This document shows positions 9,806 through 19,736 of a stretch of DNA of 64,000 nt, one piece after another. The stretch is from Promethearchaeota archaeon. Its GTDB lineage: Archaea; Asgardarchaeota; Lokiarchaeia; Sigyniarchaeales; SOKP01. Below the pieces are notes generated by a model. It searched no databases, was not told where the DNA came from, and saw only the letters and a list, made by a program, of their open reading frames with translations. A program made the translations under genes and the position numbers. The stretch spans positions 1 to 64,000 of the forward strand of contig JALGVJ010000006.1 in assembly GCA_029838195.1 (NCBI GenBank). Direction: 5' to 3'. Every line of letters starts with the position of its first letter. Position 1 is the first letter of the stretch.

Positions 9806-10546
9806 TTAATAATTTTTCGATAATTCTCCTGGATTATTTAATGTTAAGATTACTTTATCACCGTTTTTTAATTTGAAACGGTCTCGTAAATAAGGTTCTG
9901 CCAGGATTTCAATAATATTTTTTTCGTGATGAGTGCGTTCAATATCCAAGATAGCTGCTTTTACTTCATCTTTTCTATCATGGAAAGGAGATATGATGAC
10001 GTCATAACATAAAACGGGGCCATATTCTCGACTTTGATCTTTGAATCCTTCTATCACGACAGGATTGATTGTTTTCATCTTCTCACTAAGGATTTCTTTA
10101 TCCATATCGTTCAATTTTAAATTAAGGGTACCCTTATAAGGTTTAAATCCCAATTTTTCTACGAATTGATCATAATAGCCTTTAATAGCTACGTAATAAC
10201 CTCCTTCTTTCATGCCTTCCGTTACCTCTCCGACGATAAAAATAGATTCTAAAAGTTTTCTCAAATTTTTATACGTGGAAAGCATTAAATTCGCACCTTT
10301 TTCCGTGATTACGATTTTCTGAATTTTGCCGATTTTTTTCCGCTTAATCCAATTCAAATCCACTAAATCATTTATTCTTCGAGAGGCGGTTTGTTGAGAA
10401 ATTTTCATGAGGCGTCCAAGTTCTTTACTGGTGATCTCAATTGTTCTTCGATTTCCTAATAATTGGCAGAGATGATATAGCGTAAACCAATTATGATAAT
10501 TCTCCGGGGTGAGACTCTCAATTTCATTATTATTTTTTTCGCTCAT
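9806..10546 (-). CDS. ribK: CTP-dependent riboflavin kinase with N-terminal HTH (RbkR type)
   Basis: ISQQTASRR HTH; GMKEGGYY, PYKGTLNL, ERTHH, YLRD..KLKNGD. Confidence 0.9.
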   Translation of the reverse strand: MSEKNNNEIESLTPENYHNWFTLYHLCQLLGNRRTIEITSKELGRLMKISQQTASRRINDLVDLNWIKRKKIGKIQKIVITEKGANLMLSTYKNLRKLLESIFIVGEVTEGMKEGGYYVAIKGYYDQFVEKLGFKPYKGTLNLKLNDMDKEILSEKMKTINPVVIEGFKDQSREYGPVLCYDVIISPFHDRKDEVKAAILDIERTHHEKNIIEILAEPYLRDRFKLKNGDKVILTLNNPGELSKNY

Positions 10547-11002
10547 TTAAACCCGAATATTTCCTTTTTTATATTCTTCTATGATTTTTTTCTTAATTTT
10601 AGTAGAACTTGTAAATTCATAGGCGTCATAATAGCGCTCTAGGCGCTTAACTTCAATGTGTCCCAATCCCATGGCATTCAATCCTTGTTTAAGCTCTTCA
10701 ATGCTATATTTCTGATTGGGCCCCAATAAGATGATATCGGGATTGATTTCTTGGACTGTTTTTAGCGTGTTATTATCCCTACGTCCCAACCGAGCGCTCT
10801 TTACATTTTTTAGATGTTTTACCACTTCTAATCGCTGAAGCTCATTAATAATGGGTTTTTCTCCAGAATAAATTTTTCTGTTCTTATCGGTGGCTACGAT
10901 TACATGAACTTCTCCCAATTTTGCCGCCTTATTAATGAGAAAAATATGTCCCGGATGGATGAGGTCAAAGGTTCCGGCAATTAGAACTTTCTTTTTTTTC
11001 AT
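10547..11002 (-). CDS. ribL: Archaeal FAD synthetase
   Basis: GTFDLIHPGH, PDIILLGPNQ, SSTKIK; abuts ribK. Confidence 0.85.
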   Translation of the reverse strand: MKKKKVLIAGTFDLIHPGHIFLINKAAKLGEVHVIVATDKNRKIYSGEKPIINELQRLEVVKHLKNVKSARLGRRDNNTLKTVQEINPDIILLGPNQKYSIEELKQGLNAMGLGHIEVKRLERYYDAYEFTSSTKIKKKIIEEYKKGNIRV

Positions 11003-11024
11003 CTCTTTACCTTTGAAATTTATT

Positions 11025-12587
11025 CTATTCCATTACTTTAAAAGAGAGGCCCATGAATACGGGACCTCTAATATCTACTTTCTTTTGTTTAGAGTGGATG
11101 TATTCTAAAATAATATCATCCACTTCAACATTAATTTCAGAGGCTCGATAACACATTTTTATTCTATGGTTATATTGAGTGATTCCTTGGTCGAGTAATA
11201 CTTCGATGTTATAAGCCATTTCATTAGCAATTCCTTCAATATAAGTTTTTCCCGTGTCAACGCCCTTTTCTGGATTTTTTTCGGGAGCTAAGCCTAAAAT
11301 GTTTCCATCTTTAACCCAGATTTTATTAAACGTTGCTGGTCCCAAGAGCCGAACTCCTTCATCTTTTTCCCATAGGGTGACCATGATTTTTTTATTTTTC
11401 ACGATCCCCTCCCATGCGATGATTTCACAAGGCGACATCTCATCTTTTTTTTCCCTGGCAACCTTCATTATAGCTTCTTTAATTTCAATACCCTTATCAG
11501 TCATGGGAACATGTTTATATTTCACGCCTTTACTTATTTCTCTATCTGAAAAAGCAGTTTCCTCGTAAAAATAAGGATATACTAATTTACGAATGTCTTC
11601 GACTTCACTTTTTATCATACAAATTCTTTCTACTCCAAAACCGATATTGAATGTGGGATGTGAAATATTATATCGTGCTAGACTTACAGGACTGTAGAAT
11701 CCTCCATCGCCAATTTCAATCCATTCTTTAGTACGGGGATGTTCTACGAATATTTCAAATTCAGTCTGAGGTGCATAATATTTGGAAGTGGCTTTTTTAA
11801 TTTCCGTTCGGCTGTTTTTAAATCCTAACCGTTCACAAATCGTGTGCGCAATTCGTTGACAATCCTCTAAGGAAATTTTTTCAGCCACGATGACAAGAGA
11901 AAGGGTATTAGAACAATATAAATGAGTAGCATCGATTTTTTGTTCACGTCGAAATTTAGGTGCTATAGTGAAAAATTGAAGGGGTAATTGTCTTTTTTTG
12001 ATTAATTCCTTCAATACTTTAAACCACAAGGCCGTAGTATGGCTCCTGAGTGTCAGCTTTGTCGGAATGGGCTTCAACAATTTCAATTCAGGAAAGACCT
12101 TATCTAAAATTTCTGAAGCTTGATTTTCCTTTAATCCTAATTCTTCTACAAAAATTTCAATTAAATCATCGGATTCTATTTCTCCTTTTTTATATCTTCT
12201 AAAAATGGATTTCAGTTTCTCTTCTTTGTCAAAATTGATGACTCGTTTTTTAATTTCTGATATTTTTTCTCTTGAAATTCCTATATCAGGTCGGGGCAAG
12301 CCCGCTAAATAAAATAATCTATCTAAGATTAAAGCAGCCTCCGGCCCATATTGTTTATACACGTGCTCTTCCTCAACAAACATGGGAAGGATCAATTCTT
12401 CAAATCCTAAATTGATTATTTCTTTTCTTGCATTGCAGATGAATTCATTCACCACGTGAGGAATTCCTTTTAGTTTCCGGAGCGTAAAAAGATTTCCTTT
12501 CAAATCGAGTAAATCCTTGGTCGCTAACCATGCTTTTTCGTAATCTTCTTTTGCTTGCTTCTTTATCTTTTCAATATCGAATGGCAT
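11025..12587 (-). CDS. sepS: O-phosphoserine--tRNA(Cys) ligase
   Basis: YKQYGPEAALILDRLFYLAGLPRPDIG, TLRSHTT, FRREQKIDATHL, IDIRGPVF-type end. Confidence 0.95.
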   Translation of the reverse strand: MPFDIEKIKKQAKEDYEKAWLATKDLLDLKGNLFTLRKLKGIPHVVNEFICNARKEIINLGFEELILPMFVEEEHVYKQYGPEAALILDRLFYLAGLPRPDIGISREKISEIKKRVINFDKEEKLKSIFRRYKKGEIESDDLIEIFVEELGLKENQASEILDKVFPELKLLKPIPTKLTLRSHTTALWFKVLKELIKKRQLPLQFFTIAPKFRREQKIDATHLYCSNTLSLVIVAEKISLEDCQRIAHTICERLGFKNSRTEIKKATSKYYAPQTEFEIFVEHPRTKEWIEIGDGGFYSPVSLARYNISHPTFNIGFGVERICMIKSEVEDIRKLVYPYFYEETAFSDREISKGVKYKHVPMTDKGIEIKEAIMKVAREKKDEMSPCEIIAWEGIVKNKKIMVTLWEKDEGVRLLGPATFNKIWVKDGNILGLAPEKNPEKGVDTGKTYIEGIANEMAYNIEVLLDQGITQYNHRIKMCYRASEINVEVDDIILEYIHSKQKKVDIRGPVFMGLSFKVME

Positions 12588-12611
12588 TCTATTCCCTCAT
12601 GATGTTCTTCA

Positions 12612-13244
12612 TTATATTGGATCAGAGGAGGGTTTAAATGCTTGTTTTATCTCGTGAGGCTGTTTATGTAGTAATAGAGCTAAAGTAACCTCTCCTCTCG
12701 TTTTTTCAATTAAATTTCTAGCAACATCAGTTTTATGACGCAATTCTTGAGTGATACCCTTTGGATAATCCAAGGAAAATAAATAGGTATAAATTTCGTC
12801 CATTTCGCTTAAAAGCGTCTCGATATTTTCCATATTTCCTTTCCGCATGTTATCCAAGATATATCTTCTTAATTCACCAATCACGTCCGCTAAGCCCAAG
12901 GAAAAGTTGATTTCATCAATTTTTAATTCACTCGGAGCAGGAATTTCTTGATTATTAATAATGGAAAATAGGCATAAAGCTTCAGTGAATTCTTGCTCGG
13001 CTGTTTTCAAGTATTTTCCAAAATATAAAGGATGTGTATTTACAAGCCGAGTTAATTCTTCATGCATAGAACTCAATTCAGCTATTTCTTGATGATATTT
13101 TTCATTCTCCTTTCTATGAATGGATTTTATCGCAATACTGCAATTTCGAATCATTTCTCGAGACAAGCGTAAAATTTTTTCCCTTTCTTCTTCCATGTCG
13201 TCAAGCTTTTTCGTAATTTCTGCGAAAATCTTTTTAAGATTCAT
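12612..13244 (-). CDS. Translin family protein
   Basis: REKILRLSREMIR, AEQEFTEA, LGLADVIGELRR, LRHKTDVAR. Confidence 0.9.
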   Translation of the reverse strand: MNLKKIFAEITKKLDDMEEEREKILRLSREMIRNCSIAIKSIHRKENEKYHQEIAELSSMHEELTRLVNTHPLYFGKYLKTAEQEFTEALCLFSIINNQEIPAPSELKIDEINFSLGLADVIGELRRYILDNMRKGNMENIETLLSEMDEIYTYLFSLDYPKGITQELRHKTDVARNLIEKTRGEVTLALLLHKQPHEIKQAFKPSSDPI

Positions 13245-13335
13245 TCTTTTTACAAATATATATTCATTCTTTTAACAATTAAATTAACAAAATTAACGAT
13301 TTTATTAGAATTTTTGCGAACGGGAAAGAAATTTT

Positions 13336-15396
13336 ATGAAAATCTTGATGATTCACTCGGAAAATGTTGAAGTCGTTAAAAATAGCAAGGCGACTTCTAA
13401 TCCCCAAGAATTTGAAGGGGATATCATCGATTTAAAGGGATTAATCTTAGTCGCTTTCGTGTCCGTGGAAGATCAAGATACCTACGATACCGATTTAATA
13501 GCTAAGCAAGCAGCCGACGTGATTGAGGAGGCCATCTATTTAATTTCTGGGTTTCCTGAAAAAATCAACAAAAAAAATGAAGAGATCCGGGAATATAATC
13601 GAAAAATTGAGAAAGGAGAAATTAAAGGCAAACCCCGCGATCATGTGGAATTATGCAAGGATCGGAGCAAGTATCAAGTGGATAAGGTGTTGGTGTATCC
13701 TTGGGCGCATTTGAGTAAGTTTTTAAGCAAAAAACCGGAAGCCAAGGATGTCTGTCCGAAAATCGCAAGAAATCTGGAAGAAAAGGGGATTGAAGCTTAT
13801 TTTTCTCCGTTTGGTTGGTATAAATCGTTTAAAATAAATTGTATCGGGCATGAAGTTGCTGAGATGTACCGGGACGTAAAGCTCTACATTCAGCCAGAAG
13901 AACACGTTATAAATTCAGAATTCAAGGTCATCACGCCCCAAGGAAAAGAAGTTTCACTAAAATTTGATGAAAATAATGAAGTAATCCCCATAAAAGGCGT
14001 TGGAGATGAGGATTTTTACGCCTTTTTGAATTCTGAATTGAAAGCCAGACGGGAAGATAAAGGAGTGGAACCTGCTCACATCAAGATAATGAAAGAATTT
14101 GAACTGGTAGATTTTGATGAAAATACTGATGCCGGCAACTTGCGATGGTATACAAAAGGAGTGATCATGAAGAATCTAATTAAAAATTACATCGAAGATC
14201 GCATCATTGATTTTGGTGCCGTGTTAATCGATACACCCTTAATGTATACCGTGAAAAACGATAAACTTACGGCTCAAACGGCCCGATTTCCCGCCAGAAC
14301 TTATTGGGTAGAATCGGGCAGTGATAGATACTTGCTTCGATTTGCTTCAGATTTCTTATTATTTGATATGGTGAGCCATATGAATCTCAAACCGCGTTAC
14401 TTTCCATTACGGCTTTATGAATGGGAGCAATACGATTTTAGAAGAGAACAAGAAGGGGAATTAACGGGCTTGAGAAGGTTGCGTGGATTCATCATGCCCG
14501 ACATGCATACGATCTGCAAAGATCTCGAATCCTCTATTGAAGAATTTAAACTCCAATATGACCTTATCAAAAAACTACTTGAAGATCTTGGCATTCCTAC
14601 TCACATAATTTTTCGAACTACGAAAGATTTTTATAAGGAAAATAAAAAGTGGATTATTGAATTAATTCAAAAAGAGAACATGCCTGCTCTCTTAGAACTA
14701 TGGGAAGATCGATATTATTATTTCATATTAAAATTCGAGAGACCCGTGCTTTCAGCTCAAAATAAAAGTGCAACTCTTTCCACTAATCAGATTGATGTAG
14801 AAAGCTCTTTAGAATACATGATCGATAATGAAGGGAAACGGCGTCAAAAATACAACATTTCATTCATTGATGAAGATGGACGGAAACAACATCCCATCAT
14901 TTTACATAATTCCCCCACCGGGGGTTTAGAGCGAATTTTATGGGGATTAATTGAAACTGCCGTGAGGAATAAAGATAAACTCGTCCCTGGTTTCAAGACA
15001 TGGCTCTCTCCTATTCAAATTCGAATAGTAACCATCGGACCTGAACAAAAGGAGTACGCAGAAACCATCCTAGAAAAGCTCAATAAACTAAAATATAGAG
15101 CAGATTTTGATGATCGAGAAGAAACCATCAGTAAGAAAATTCGCCAAGCGGAAATTGAATGGATTCCCTACGTCGTCGTTATTGGAAAGAAAGAAGTAGA
15201 AAATAACACGATTTCCATTAGAAAACGACTCATTGGACGACCTTATGGGCCAAAAAAACGTACCTTCGAACAATTTAACGATGTGTCCTTAGAAAAACTA
15301 TTAGAAATGCTTGAAACCGACACCAAGGACTTTCCTAAATATAAATTGCCCATCCCTTATAGAAGAATGAGTACTAAAATCTATTATAGAAAATAA
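13336..15396 (+). CDS. thrS: Threonine--tRNA ligase (archaeal, N-terminal editing domain)
   Basis: MKILMIHS, YPWAHLS, PFGWYKSF, FRREQEGEL.GLRRLR.F.MPDMH, HNSPTGGLER. Confidence 0.97.
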   Translation: MKILMIHSENVEVVKNSKATSNPQEFEGDIIDLKGLILVAFVSVEDQDTYDTDLIAKQAADVIEEAIYLISGFPEKINKKNEEIREYNRKIEKGEIKGKPRDHVELCKDRSKYQVDKVLVYPWAHLSKFLSKKPEAKDVCPKIARNLEEKGIEAYFSPFGWYKSFKINCIGHEVAEMYRDVKLYIQPEEHVINSEFKVITPQGKEVSLKFDENNEVIPIKGVGDEDFYAFLNSELKARREDKGVEPAHIKIMKEFELVDFDENTDAGNLRWYTKGVIMKNLIKNYIEDRIIDFGAVLIDTPLMYTVKNDKLTAQTARFPARTYWVESGSDRYLLRFASDFLLFDMVSHMNLKPRYFPLRLYEWEQYDFRREQEGELTGLRRLRGFIMPDMHTICKDLESSIEEFKLQYDLIKKLLEDLGIPTHIIFRTTKDFYKENKKWIIELIQKENMPALLELWEDRYYYFILKFERPVLSAQNKSATLSTNQIDVESSLEYMIDNEGKRRQKYNISFIDEDGRKQHPIILHNSPTGGLERILWGLIETAVRNKDKLVPGFKTWLSPIQIRIVTIGPEQKEYAETILEKLNKLKYRADFDDREETISKKIRQAEIEWIPYVVVIGKKEVENNTISIRKRLIGRPYGPKKRTFEQFNDVSLEKLLEMLETDTKDFPKYKLPIPYRRMSTKIYYRK

Positions 15397-15423
15397 CAGG
15401 CAAATCTAGAAAAAGAGGTTTTC

Positions 15424-16047
15424 ATGACCCAAATAAAAGCATTTATTTTTGATTTAGGCGGAGTATTAGTCGAGTTCGAATTCGAGAAATTTTTTAATGA
15501 CGTCATCAAGATCTCCCCCATAAAAAAACCGGGTAGCTTTCTTCTTTTAGAATTTTGGAGACAGTCCGATACCTATCACCAAGGCCTCATCTCGGATGAA
15601 GAATTTTATCATCAAGCCTGTGAATTATTACAGATATGTGCTTTAACCCAAGAACAATTTTTTGCTTCCTTTAATTCAGTTCTGGCTAAATCGAATGAAG
15701 AAATGATTTCCTTGCTGAAAAAATTAAGAGAAAAAGGCTCTTATAAATTAATTTGTTTATCAAATATTAATAGAAGCCATTGGGAATACTTGAATTCAAA
15801 ATTATGGAATGTCAATCATATTTTTGATGAATTAATCTTATCTTTTCAAGTACATCTAACGAAACCCGACCCGAAAATATTTGAATTAGCAATTCAGAAA
15901 GCCGGATGCAAGCCGGAAGAAATTATTTATATTGATGATGGCTTGAATAACGTGCGAGCCGCCTCTAATTTAAAAATTAATGCAATAACATTTACTACTC
16001 ATGAGCAGCTAATCGAAAAATTAAAAAAATTTAATATCGAGATTTAA
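15424..16047 (+). CDS. HAD-superfamily phosphatase (YihX-like)
   Basis: FDLGGVL, LSN, KPDPKIF, YIDD. Confidence 0.9.
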   Translation: MTQIKAFIFDLGGVLVEFEFEKFFNDVIKISPIKKPGSFLLLEFWRQSDTYHQGLISDEEFYHQACELLQICALTQEQFFASFNSVLAKSNEEMISLLKKLREKGSYKLICLSNINRSHWEYLNSKLWNVNHIFDELILSFQVHLTKPDPKIFELAIQKAGCKPEEIIYIDDGLNNVRAASNLKINAITFTTHEQLIEKLKKFNIEI

Positions 16048-16119
16048 AATACAGAGAACATCATTTCTTTTAAAAAAAGTTAAAATAAAAAATACAGCCT
16101 TGTTTTCTCCAAAAACTTG

Positions 16120-16650
16120 CTATTCCTCTATTTTGTGAACTTCTAAGCATTTGTGGGCAATCCTTTCAAACATTTCAGCCACATTTTCCCCCGTCTTCGC
16201 TGAAGTTTCGATATAATCTGCATTTAATTTTTTCGCAAGAGCTTCGGCTTCAGAACTATCTACTTTCCTCTCTAAATCAATCTTATTGCCTATAATAATT
16301 ATCGGAATTTGCTTTTTCACGCTTTTTTTTATGGAAGCAATCCATCCAGGGAGTTTAAGCAAGGATTGAGTAGAATCCACGGCATAGACACCCAGAGCCG
16401 CATTACTCCCTTTAAAATAAAGTGTTCTAATGATTTGGAAGCGCTCATCACCCCCAATATCCCAAAGGAGCAACCTTACTTTTTTATTATCTATTTCCAA
16501 GTCTTTAATTAAAAAATTAGTACCAATCGTCTTTTTTAAGTCTTCCGTAAAGGAATTCTCGATGTACCGTATTAATAAAGAAGTTTTTCCCGCTCCAGGG
16601 GGGCCAAATAATGTTATTTTAAATTTATAAAAAAAGCTCTCCTCGATTAT
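16120..16650 (-). CDS. Rab-like small GTPase (non-canonical ATA start)
   Basis: Extending the track ORF upstream gives KFKITLFGPPGAGKTSL (G1) and TIG (G2); WDIGG, NKID, TSAK follow; GGAGG 5 nt before ATA. Confidence 0.9.
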   Translation of the reverse strand: MIEESFFYKFKITLFGPPGAGKTSLLIRYIENSFTEDLKKTIGTNFLIKDLEIDNKKVRLLLWDIGGDERFQIIRTLYFKGSNAALGVYAVDSTQSLLKLPGWIASIKKSVKKQIPIIIIGNKIDLERKVDSSEAEALAKKLNADYIETSAKTGENVAEMFERIAHKCLEVHKIEE

Positions 16651-16786
16651 GAAAACCTCCTTCTCAATTTTAATTTAGAGAAAATTGAAATTTCCCTTTT
16701 TCCATATAATTAATCATTAATCATCAAGATATTTAAATACTCACTTTTGAAAATATATTAAATCAATTGATCCCTTGAAGTTTCTT

Positions 16787-18178
16787 TCAAGGATCGTGAG
16801 GTGTTTCTTTTGGTTTTAATAAACGTTTTAATTCTTCCTTTTCTTTTTTGATGATTTCCTCTGTCTTCATGATACCCTTTTTGGTGACTTCAATGGCAAA
16901 TTTTGCTTCTTTTGTCACGACTTCTTCCGTTTTTTGTCCAATTCTCCCTAATTGAATCATGATCCATTCAGGGCTTCCCACGCCATTGAAATATTCAAAC
17001 CAAATATAAAAGATTAATCCCAGGAACCCGACATAGGATAAAAATACCGGGATAAAGGTAATGAGTTCTAATTCCCGATAATATAATGTTATAAAAATGT
17101 AATGGATCAAGAAGAGACTCAAGCTGGTTTTTCCATAATAAAATAGCATGCTGGAAAAGAGATTATCCTTCCATTTTTTAATATCGATGATGTAAAAACA
17201 AATGGCAACAACTAATAAAGCCCATCCCAAGTTATACCACATGTTTGCGAATTTCCCTCGTATTAAGAACACCCACATGCCGGGATAATATATATAATCT
17301 TGCATATTTGCAATTTCTAATAATCTAAAATGAGGATATTCCGATAATGGTACAGAACCGGGAGGCATGGATTGTAAACCCGTGAGGACTCCAAATACTA
17401 TTAAAATAACACCCCAGATAAAATTAACATGGAAAAAATGATAATATGCTTCTTTTGTCCCCTTGATCATGGCATCATGGAGATATTCTCCAAAAATAGT
17501 AGTGATAAAACAGATGGATAAAAAGGGTAAAAGAGGGGTTGTAGGCTCCGGGGACGTGATAATGTAATGAGCAATCCAGACTAAGAAATCTTCATCCTTT
17601 CCTAAATATAACGCATTCCTGATGGGTTCTGAAATGAAAATGAGGAATGTCCCGATTACAGCTCGCATTTTTCTCCTCACTTTTAGAGCATAAAATGAGA
17701 AAATCTGGGAAAACCCTATGAACATGATGATGTTCCAGCCCCAAAGATTAAGAGGGAAAGGATACAATGTTGTATCGACGGAGCCAAGGTTGATGAGTAC
17801 CCCGATGAAAATAATCATTCCAGCCCTACTAAACACTCGGGCTCTAATGACTTTATCCGACATTTTTCCTTTCTTTTTTCTCACGCTGAAGACCACGCTT
17901 AATGCGGATAGAAAAATGAAAAGAGAGGGTCCTAAGATGTCCAGAATTGCAAAAGCAAATCCATGCAAGAACAGCCAGTCCTCATTGAACCAAGAGTAGG
18001 AGATATGAGCAAGCATTATCATGATAATGGCGAATCCTTTTACGAAATCAATGGATTCAATTCGTTCCGGTGAGGAATAATCACGTATTTCTTCAATGGG
18101 AATCTCTTCTTTTAAGTAATTAAATAAAGGGGGAGATTCCGTTTCTTCTTTTGGTACATTTTCATTATTCATGATCAT
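16787..18178 (-). CDS. DUF1624 / HGSNAT-like membrane acyltransferase
   Basis: RIESIDFVKGFAIIMIMLAH; many TM helices; YGKTSLSLF. Confidence 0.75.
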   Translation of the reverse strand: MIMNNENVPKEETESPPLFNYLKEEIPIEEIRDYSSPERIESIDFVKGFAIIMIMLAHISYSWFNEDWLFLHGFAFAILDILGPSLFIFLSALSVVFSVRKKKGKMSDKVIRARVFSRAGMIIFIGVLINLGSVDTTLYPFPLNLWGWNIIMFIGFSQIFSFYALKVRRKMRAVIGTFLIFISEPIRNALYLGKDEDFLVWIAHYIITSPEPTTPLLPFLSICFITTIFGEYLHDAMIKGTKEAYYHFFHVNFIWGVILIVFGVLTGLQSMPPGSVPLSEYPHFRLLEIANMQDYIYYPGMWVFLIRGKFANMWYNLGWALLVVAICFYIIDIKKWKDNLFSSMLFYYGKTSLSLFLIHYIFITLYYRELELITFIPVFLSYVGFLGLIFYIWFEYFNGVGSPEWIMIQLGRIGQKTEEVVTKEAKFAIEVTKKGIMKTEEIIKKEKEELKRLLKPKETPHDP

Positions 18179-18306
18179 TCAATTATCAAGCATATTCAAA
18201 TAAAAATCTTTTCTTAATTTTGATTAATGATTTGTAGTTAAGAATACTAGCATGGCTCTCGTTTTCCCTCTTTTTTTTATTCTTCATGGGATTCATGTAA
18301 AGATTG

Positions 18307-19647
18307 CTAGGGGAATAAAAATTTTTTCATGTATTGGGAGCTCATGATTGGGGCGAGCCCTAGATCCTTGAATTTCCGAAAGATTTCTTGAATTTTCTCA
18401 TGAGAGCTTTTTTTATTTCTTGTTTTAGTTGCTATAAACATTGAATAAGGAGAAAAATGATTGGAATTAAGAGATGATTGAAGTTGGATGGGAGGGGTAA
18501 TTATTTCCGGAATTTCTTTCAAGAGGGCGGGAAGGATCGATTCATGAAACCTTGAATCATTGAACTCTTTCAAGTTTTTTAATTCTACTCTCAAGAATGT
18601 AGAATGATAGCGGTGTTCAACATCAAAAGGAGGGGGTTCTTGCAATAATTTGGATTGAACAACTAATTCTGCGGGATTAACATTGAGGATATTTCTTACT
18701 CCAACGTAGGAAGTCGTCAATCGAGGATTTATTTCAATGAAATGAATTCGATTATTTTTCTCTAAAATAAAATCAATACCGTAATATCCTAAAAACATAG
18801 TTTCATCCAGGGAAGGGAGATATTTAGATAGTTCTTGTTTAATTGCTTTCATATTATCCGTGGGAGTTTCTCCGCCGAAATACTCGGAATTGGGCTCATT
18901 TTTTTCGAGCGAGATGAATTGTGAATTTACGCTCAATATTAGAGGCTTTTCTTTAGGATACCCGATAAGCGAGCAACTTAAATCTCTACCGGTCATGAAT
19001 TCTTGCACGACATGATTTCGGGTATCATCCACTTTTTCCATGAAGGACTTGAAGTTTTGCTCGAATTCTAAAGGAGAAGTGTAATAAAAGAGAGATTCAG
19101 CACCGACGCCGTCTTCCGGTTTAATGAGGAGGGGGCCTTTAATCTTACAAACGTTTTCAAGAATTTGAATTTTATTTAATTTCAATTCCTTAAAAGGTAA
19201 TAAATACGTTGAGGGCGTGTTCACCCCCTTTTTCTTGAAAAAGAGATAGGTTTGAAATTTTGAAGTTCCTAGTTCAATTCCTTTTAGTTCCGTGCTTAAT
19301 ACTATTGAAGAATTTTTTATCGCTAAGCGCGTTAATTCATATAATATATTTGAAAATTCTGGAGCGATGATAAAACTATAAGTGGTTTCTTGTAATTGTT
19401 CTTTAAATTTAATTAAAAAATTATCATCTTTATTTACTTGAACAATTCTATGTGCTGGAAGAAATTCAGAAAGATGATTAATGCGATAATCCAATAATGC
19501 GTGGATGTCAAACTCTAATGCATTGAAATCTTCAATTAGAGTTTTTAACATCGCAAAACCTTCGCAGAATAAGGAAGAGGGAATTTCAGACTGATTAAAT
19601 CCGCCTCCGGAAATAAATTCAAAAACAAAAAGCTTATTGTTTTTCAT
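18307..19647 (-). CDS. ATP-grasp ligase, MfnD (tyramine-glutamate ligase)-like
   Basis: FEFISGGG, EGFAML, IIAPE, KPEDGVGA, GYYGIDF, IEINPRLTTSY. Confidence 0.75.
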   Translation of the reverse strand: MKNNKLFVFEFISGGGFNQSEIPSSLFCEGFAMLKTLIEDFNALEFDIHALLDYRINHLSEFLPAHRIVQVNKDDNFLIKFKEQLQETTYSFIIAPEFSNILYELTRLAIKNSSIVLSTELKGIELGTSKFQTYLFFKKKGVNTPSTYLLPFKELKLNKIQILENVCKIKGPLLIKPEDGVGAESLFYYTSPLEFEQNFKSFMEKVDDTRNHVVQEFMTGRDLSCSLIGYPKEKPLILSVNSQFISLEKNEPNSEYFGGETPTDNMKAIKQELSKYLPSLDETMFLGYYGIDFILEKNNRIHFIEINPRLTTSYVGVRNILNVNPAELVVQSKLLQEPPPFDVEHRYHSTFLRVELKNLKEFNDSRFHESILPALLKEIPEIITPPIQLQSSLNSNHFSPYSMFIATKTRNKKSSHEKIQEIFRKFKDLGLAPIMSSQYMKKFLFP

Positions 19648-19736
19648 GTAAGATTAATTTATAATAAGAAGAATAATTTTTATTCTTTTAGAACCTTTAT
19701 TCATGTAACTTAAAATTTACTATAAAATTAAAGTGC

